The notes under the pieces: generated by a model
Seen by the model: the letters and a program-made list of their open reading frames with translations, nothing else
The model's database searches: none
What the model was told of the DNA's origin: nothing
Part shown: positions 8,069 to 12,274 of the stretch, piece after piece
Numbering within the stretch: the stretch's first letter is position 1
Layout of the letters: each line of letters starts with the position of its first letter
Made by a program: the position numbers and the translations under genes
From: Pseudomonadales bacterium
GTDB lineage: Bacteria > Pseudomonadota > Gammaproteobacteria > Pseudomonadales > Natronospirillaceae
Assembly: GCA_022968985.1 (NCBI GenBank)
Contig: JALJPK010000045.1
Location: forward strand, 19,127-31,400
Reading direction: 5' to 3'
Length of the DNA: 12,274 bases

Positions 8069-8115
8069 TAATCGTCAGATTCTAATCGTTACAAACTATT
8101 CTAATCGTCAGATTC
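8069..8115. repeat. Direct repeat duplicating the last codons and stop of the flotillin gene (taatcgtcagattc ×2, with a partial third copy taatcgt)
   Basis: Copies at 8069-8082 and 8102-8115, plus a partial copy at 8083-8089. On the minus strand each copy reads GAATCTGACGATTA(A/G), i.e. E-S-D-D-stop. The real C-terminus is …IESDD-TAG and the upstream copy encodes ESDD-TAA. Confidence 0.6.
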
Positions 8116-10164
8116 GATTGATGTCATCAATTGCTTAACTAGATTTTTTTGTTCGTTAGTGCCACTTTTAACTACATGTCCTAAAAATGCACTCACTGTT
8201 AGGTTTTGCAAGTTACCGCTACCAGCACTTAAACCAGCTACGATATCTTTTAAATCACCCACAAAACTTTCGTCACCATTCATGTGGCCTTCAATTGCTT
8301 TTGTTACTATCTTGCTCTTATTCGCTACACCATCAATTGATTTACCAACGGCTAATGCGTTAACAAATTTCTCGAAGTAATCGCCGTTACCACCAACTAT
8401 ATCAATGTTCGCATCACGTAATGCAGTGGATAAAACTTCTGCTTGGTCATGTGCAATTTCAACATTAGACATAATACGTTGCATTGTTTGTTCATGCGTG
8501 AAATCAAGATCCATACGGAATTCTTCATGGCTACGTGTGTCTTCATCCATTTGTTTCATGGCTAAAAATTTCTTCTCTAAACCTTCTGCTTCTGCTGAGT
8601 ACTTATCAGCAATGTTTCTAGCTTCTGCTTCACCGTATAATTTAAGTGCTGACGCATCTGCTTCTTTAACTGTGGCCGCTGCAATACCAATTTTTTCATC
8701 ACCGGCTGCTTGAGCGGTTAATTTCTCAACTAATACTTTAGCGTTAGCTAAACCTGATTTTTCATCGGCATCGGCTTTGGCTTCTTGTACTTTAACATCT
8801 GCTAAGCCTGGGGCTGCATGAATCGCTTCAATACCTTTGGCTTCATTTCTTTTAGCTTCGGCGTCTTTTTCAGCTGATTTTAAACGGCCTTCAGCTAATA
8901 ATAATGCTTCTTTAGCCTTATGCGTGGCTTTAATTTCGTCTGCTTCTGCCGCTTTGATTTCTTTTACTAATGACTGTTGAGCATGTGCTTCAGCAGTCAC
9001 AATCATGGCGTCTTTTTCACGTTCTGCTTTTGAAACTAAACGCACTTTTTCGATCGCTTCTTCTTCAACAGCTACGGTTCTTTCAACACTCACACGTTCA
9101 CGAACTATATCAGCAATATTTTTACGTTCAATTTCTACTGCTTTTTCTTTTTCAATGGTTTCTAGTTCAACAGCACGATGACGTTGTACTTCTTCTAACT
9201 CTTGTGCGCGTTTCACTTGTTCTGTTTCAGTTACAACAACACGTTGACGATTTAAGTTGGCTACTTCTACTTCACGATGTTTGTTTTCTTCAGCAATTAG
9301 AATTTTTTCTTCTGCTGCAATTCGCGCATTTTCATATTTTAACTTCTCTTCTTGTTGTATTTTTTTTGTTTCAGCTTCTTCGCGAGCGATAACAGTTAAT
9401 ACTTCGCGCTGTTGTTTAGCTTGTGCGTCTTTTTCTTGGCGTTCTAACTCTAATATAGTTTCACGAGTTTCTACGTCTTTCTTTTTAATCTTCATTTCTT
9501 CTTCGCGTCGATGCTCATTGGTTTCAATGTGTTCAATCGCAGTTAGACGAATGATTTTACGAATACCCTGTGCATCCAATATATTGTCACGATCCAAACT
9601 TTCAATAGGTGTTTGTTCTAAATAATCAATTGCTGCATCTTCTAATACATAACCATTTAAATCTTCGCCAATAACACGAATAATGTCATCACGAAACTTG
9701 TCACGCTCTTGATATAAATCAGTAAAGTCTAAACGTTTACCCACTGTTTTTAATGCTTCAGAAAACTTAGCACTGAATAAATTTTCCATTGTTTCTTGTT
9801 CAGAGGCACGCTCGCACCCAATTGCTTGAGCCACACGAAGTACGTCTTCTTTTGTTTTATTAACCCGAACAAAAAATGCCACTTTAATATCGGCTCGAAT
9901 GTTATCCATACAGATCAAACCGTCTTTGCCACGACGATCAATCTCGATCGTTTTTAATGAAATGTTCATAATTTCTTTGCGATGAATAACCGGTAATACT
10001 AGGCGACCGGTAAATGTTACTTCGGGTTCTTCGCGGGTGGTGTTAACGATCATGGCATTACCTTGATCGACTTTTTTGTAAAAACTTGCGTATAAAATGC
10101 AAATGCCGATAACAATTACGACTAAGACTAGAGCTATTGGTAAAATTATTGAAAAAAGATCCAT
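8101..10164 (-). CDS. yqiK: Flotillin-family protein (SPFH/band-7 domain + long Glu/Ala-rich coiled coil), YqiK-like
   Basis: N-terminal TM helix (IILPIALVLVVIVIGICILYA). SPFH core with the conserved …ADIKVAFFVRV… block as in E. coli YqiK. A ~300-aa EA-rich coiled-coil region (EEKLKYENARIAAEEKILIAEENKHREVEVANL…). Total 687 aa. AGGAA SD 8 nt upstream of the ATG at 10164. Confidence 0.85.
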   Translation of the reverse strand: MDLFSIILPIALVLVVIVIGICILYASFYKKVDQGNAMIVNTTREEPEVTFTGRLVLPVIHRKEIMNISLKTIEIDRRGKDGLICMDNIRADIKVAFFVRVNKTKEDVLRVAQAIGCERASEQETMENLFSAKFSEALKTVGKRLDFTDLYQERDKFRDDIIRVIGEDLNGYVLEDAAIDYLEQTPIESLDRDNILDAQGIRKIIRLTAIEHIETNEHRREEEMKIKKKDVETRETILELERQEKDAQAKQQREVLTVIAREEAETKKIQQEEKLKYENARIAAEEKILIAEENKHREVEVANLNRQRVVVTETEQVKRAQELEEVQRHRAVELETIEKEKAVEIERKNIADIVRERVSVERTVAVEEEAIEKVRLVSKAEREKDAMIVTAEAHAQQSLVKEIKAAEADEIKATHKAKEALLLAEGRLKSAEKDAEAKRNEAKGIEAIHAAPGLADVKVQEAKADADEKSGLANAKVLVEKLTAQAAGDEKIGIAAATVKEADASALKLYGEAEARNIADKYSAEAEGLEKKFLAMKQMDEDTRSHEEFRMDLDFTHEQTMQRIMSNVEIAHDQAEVLSTALRDANIDIVGGNGDYFEKFVNALAVGKSIDGVANKSKIVTKAIEGHMNGDESFVGDLKDIVAGLSAGSGNLQNLTVSAFLGHVVKSGTNEQKNLVKQLMTSIESDD

Positions 10165-10200
10165 TATTAATTTCCTGATTGATTAAAGGTTAAATGTTAA

Positions 10201-10848
10201 TTATTTATTAAGGTTAGTTTTAAATTCATCATTACTGATTACTTGATAAAGGTTATTTGTTTTGTTGTAACTAATCGCTATCACAATGTCACCTTTTTTA
10301 AAGCCTTCTGCTTTAGATGCACGAATTCTTACAATTATATCATCGCCGTTATTTGAGCTAATTCGACCCTGTCCAAATTCATCATCAACCGTTAGGGAGG
10401 TGACTTTACAAGGTTGACCCAAAAAATCGATTTTTGTTTTTGCTTTATTTTCGTTTGATAATTTTCTTAGTGGTTGAATTAATTTTCCTGTAATAAATAC
10501 AGCAATTATAAAACTTCCAACTAAAGTAGTTGAGCTAAAAATAAACTGTAATATTGAGCTTGGAATAAGAGGTGTTAAGAAAATTGATGTAAGGTAGGTA
10601 ATTGTCCATGCTAAAAATATTATCAGTGTTAATACAATTGTGAATGGTACACCAGAGAGTCCTAGAGTATGTAATAATCCAGCAAATCCAGGGATATCAG
10701 TTTCTGTATCAAAATCAACATCAAATGAAACAACATCAATATCCATAGCACCTATAATAGTGAATAACCATAAAACCAATAACATTGCTAAAAATATAGT
10801 GTAAATCCCAGTTGGATAACTACTTAATACATTCCAAATTTCATTCAT
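10201..10848 (-). CDS. yqiJ: YqiJ/NfeD-like inner-membrane protein (flotillin-associated partner)
   Basis: 215 aa with 3-4 predicted TM helices and a C-terminal soluble NfeD-like beta domain (…GQGRISSNNGDDIIVRIRASKAEGFKKGDIVIAI…). It sits directly upstream of the flotillin gene with a 36-bp gap, mirroring the E. coli yqiJ-yqiK pair. AAGGTGG SD upstream. Confidence 0.75.
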   Translation of the reverse strand: MNEIWNVLSSYPTGIYTIFLAMLLVLWLFTIIGAMDIDVVSFDVDFDTETDIPGFAGLLHTLGLSGVPFTIVLTLIIFLAWTITYLTSIFLTPLIPSSILQFIFSSTTLVGSFIIAVFITGKLIQPLRKLSNENKAKTKIDFLGQPCKVTSLTVDDEFGQGRISSNNGDDIIVRIRASKAEGFKKGDIVIAISYNKTNNLYQVISNDEFKTNLNK

Positions 10849-10857
10849 TCATTCATT
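10842..10857. repeat. (CATT)4 / (AATG)4 tetranucleotide repeat spanning the yqiJ-like start codon
   Basis: tcattcattcattcatt on the plus strand equals AATGAATGAATGAATG on the coding strand. It puts four ATGs in three frames between the SD (AAGGTGG) and the ORF. Only the ATG at 10848 opens the long frame. Confidence 0.6.
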
Positions 10858-10864
10858 CCCCACC

Positions 10865-11185
10865 TTATTGTTTATTTTTTTGAGTGGCCAATACTAATTC
10901 TTCTTTAATACGATTGCGAATTTCTATTGTGTTATTGGGGTCCAATTCATAACGCTTGCCAAGCATTAAATAATCAGCCGGTGACAAACTAATACTTAAT
11001 CTTGGGCGCACTGGTTTTTTACGAGGTAATTGGATGATCTCTCGTATTAAATCCGAAGGGCTTAAATCATTTTCTATCGCAGTAATACGTAAAATTTTTG
11101 ATTGTGCCTGCTCTAATTCAAATACCACTTGTACCGCTTTGATATTCTTATCAGAGACACTCCACGATTTTGCTATTTTTTTCAA
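10865..11185 (-). CDS. Hypothetical 106-aa protein with a possible ribbon-helix-helix-like C-terminal half
   Basis: ORF that exactly fills the gap between PspA-like and yqiJ-like genes. Its stop overlaps the yqiJ SD. Likely TTG start at 11185, with an AGGT ~9 nt upstream. The segment RPRLSISLSPADYLMLGKRYELDPNNTIEIRNRIKEEL resembles a strand-helix-helix (RHH) pattern. No TM segments. The gene call is uncertain because of the non-ATG start. Confidence 0.45.
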   Translation of the reverse strand: MKKIAKSWSVSDKNIKAVQVVFELEQAQSKILRITAIENDLSPSDLIREIIQLPRKKPVRPRLSISLSPADYLMLGKRYELDPNNTIEIRNRIKEELVLATQKNKQ

Positions 11186-11207
11186 AACTTTTTTACCTGT
11201 TGTTATT

Positions 11208-11909
11208 TTATGACTGCTTAGTTTTAGATGATTTCTTTAGGCGATCTAACACTGAGTGAGCAGAATTTTTATCTTTGATAATGCCAGCTTCTTCCAAGCG
11301 GGTTTGTAGACTTTCGTCTTTTGACGATTCTGCTAATTCGATATTGGCTGCTGCTTGATCTTCTTTTCTTTGCTGACGTTCACGAATACGTGCTAATGAA
11401 TCTGTGGCGCTACTTAATGACGAGTTCGAACCATTGGCATTTTTATTGGCTAAATCATTGGCTTTTTGAACTTTATCAGTGGTTTCAACCAATCTTAATT
11501 CACGTTCACAGGATTGAATATTACTATCAGCTTGTGATATCGCTTTTTTTAACGTAATTACTTGAGACTCAAAACTATTTAAAACGGCTTGATTAGCATC
11601 CCTTTGTTGCTCTAAATTTGCAATTTTTTCAGATACTTCTAAGGCTAAAGTCTCATCGTCTTTATCTAGTGCTTTTATTACATAAGACTCATGCTCTGTA
11701 ATGGAATCAGTAGCTGTCTTTAATGTACGTTCAATGGCTATTTTTTGCGCCACTATGTTTGTTAGACTCACTTTAGATTGCTCTAATGCTAGTTTCGCAT
11801 CACGAATTTCTTGTTCTAAAATACGAAAAGCTTGAGTGTCTACAATGGCTTCGCCTACTTCAGTAACACCGCCACGTACAGCTGTAATTAATTTTTTAAA
11901 AATACTCAT
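11208..11909 (-). CDS. yjfJ: PspA/IM30 (ESCRT-III superfamily) protein, YjfJ-like
   Basis: The N-terminus MSIFKKLITAVRGGVTEVGEAIVDTQAFRILEQEIRDAKLALEQSK matches the PspA/IM30 amphipathic helix plus the conserved RxLEQxIRDAK block of E. coli YjfJ. The remainder is coiled-coil, with a C-terminal …LEEAGI…SAHSVLDRLK… region like YjfJ. The ATG at 11907-11909 has a GGAG SD 8 nt upstream. The ORF-track start is a TTG extension. Confidence 0.85.
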   Translation of the reverse strand: MSIFKKLITAVRGGVTEVGEAIVDTQAFRILEQEIRDAKLALEQSKVSLTNIVAQKIAIERTLKTATDSITEHESYVIKALDKDDETLALEVSEKIANLEQQRDANQAVLNSFESQVITLKKAISQADSNIQSCERELRLVETTDKVQKANDLANKNANGSNSSLSSATDSLARIRERQQRKEDQAAANIELAESSKDESLQTRLEEAGIIKDKNSAHSVLDRLKKSSKTKQS

Positions 11910-11922
11910 ATTATTCTCCAAA

Positions 11923-12274
11923 TTAAGTTAGGTATTCTGACACAGCGTCAATTGCTTCTAATACGTTGTCGCTGAGTGTCTCAATTTCTTTGATTAAATC
12001 ATCAGTACTTGATTGGGGGGATAATGCACCAAACATAATATATTGATTACTAATTTTTGAAAATGCCGATAATGGAATCGATACATTTAATATCAACATC
12101 GCTTCAGTTAAGTTCGATTTTTGTGCTGACTTAACTTGATCGTCTGCAAATAAATACGTAATAACTAATATTTGGCCTTCATCAACCGTCAGGTAAATAG
12201 GGAACTCTTCTCTATCGGGTACTGTAATACAAGCTACTGATCCATCACCTGCAAGTTTATCAATATTCAGCTTA
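11923..12274 (-). CDS. yjfI: YjfI-like (DUF2170) protein; C-terminal part only, start lies beyond window end
   Basis: The minus-strand frame is open to the window edge. It encodes …ITVPDREEFPIYLTVDEGQILVITYLFADDQVKSAQKSNLTEAMLILNVSIPLSAFSKISNQYIMFGALS…EIETLSDNVLEAIDAVSEYLT*. This matches the conserved PDREEFP…FGALS…IETLSDNVLEA blocks of E. coli YjfI. The stop lies 13 nt before the PspA-like start. Confidence 0.75.
   Translation of the reverse strand, partial: KLNIDKLAGDGSVACITVPDREEFPIYLTVDEGQILVITYLFADDQVKSAQKSNLTEAMLILNVSIPLSAFSKISNQYIMFGALSPQSSTDDLIKEIETLSDNVLEAIDAVSEYLT

Noticed and set aside
8800-9500. Apparent repetitiveness in the flotillin gene (GAA/GCT-rich stretch)
   Set aside because: This is codon-level low complexity encoding the Glu/Ala/Lys-rich coiled coil typical of flotillins. 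It is not a tandem DNA repeat, CRISPR array or mobile-element feature.
8159-9625. Plus-strand ORFs 8159-8380, 8405-8713, 8970-9392, 9257-9625 opposite the flotillin gene
   Set aside because: They are antisense to the well-supported flotillin CDS. Their Leu/Phe/Ser-rich translations are the expected mirror of a Glu/Ala/Lys-rich coiled-coil gene. They are not real genes.
11321-11557. 78-aa plus-strand ORF opposite the PspA-like gene
   Set aside because: Antisense shadow ORF within a confidently assigned PspA/IM30 CDS.
1-12274. Mobile-element or defence-island hallmarks (integrase, transposase, tRNA attachment site, CRISPR repeats, restriction-modification signatures)
   Set aside because: None found on either strand. 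The only repeats are the short junctional direct repeats at 8069-8115 and the (AATG)4 tract. The cluster therefore looks like a chromosomal operon, not an obviously horizontally delivered cassette, although window edges cannot be assessed.

Overview
The window is AT-rich (about 35% GC by eye) and looks like gammaproteobacterial DNA. A housekeeping/accessory block occupies positions 1-2700. A seven-gene co-directional minus-strand cluster occupies 2739 to beyond 12274 and runs past the window end.

Left block:
- The 3' part of an ABC-F (YbiT-like) ATPase gene, with its start upstream of the window.
- A bidirectional rho-independent terminator.
- A secreted alpha/beta-hydrolase esterase on the minus strand.
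- A divergent promoter region containing a 15-bp palindrome.
- A small P-loop kinase-like protein.

Minus-strand cluster, in transcription order:
- A YjfI-like (DUF2170) gene, partial at the window edge.
- A PspA/IM30 (ESCRT-III superfamily) homologue that matches E. coli YjfJ.
- A 106-aa unknown ORF with a possible ribbon-helix-helix C-terminus.
- A YqiJ/NfeD-like membrane protein.
- A YqiK-type flotillin (SPFH/band-7 domain with a long Glu/Ala-rich coiled coil).
- A 94-bp spacer carrying a perfect 13-bp inverted repeat.
- A giant 1632-aa protein whose C-terminus is a MoxR/AAA_5-type AAA+ ATPase (Walker A PPGYGKTT, Walker B LYLDD, NP sensor, Arg finger).
- A 118-aa unknown ORF, 12 bp downstream of the giant gene.

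All gaps are short (12-36 bp) except the 94-bp spacer, which indicates an operon. The candidate new system is the giant AAA+ protein and its small downstream partner, embedded in a composite PspA-NfeD-flotillin membrane-scaffold operon. This layout is reminiscent of the ESCRT-III/Vps4 polymer-plus-remodelling-ATPase logic. It could also be an envelope-stress or anti-phage module.

No rRNA, tRNA, CRISPR, integrase or transposase signals were seen. Domain assignments are based on motif recognition and recalled family sequences, not on searches.
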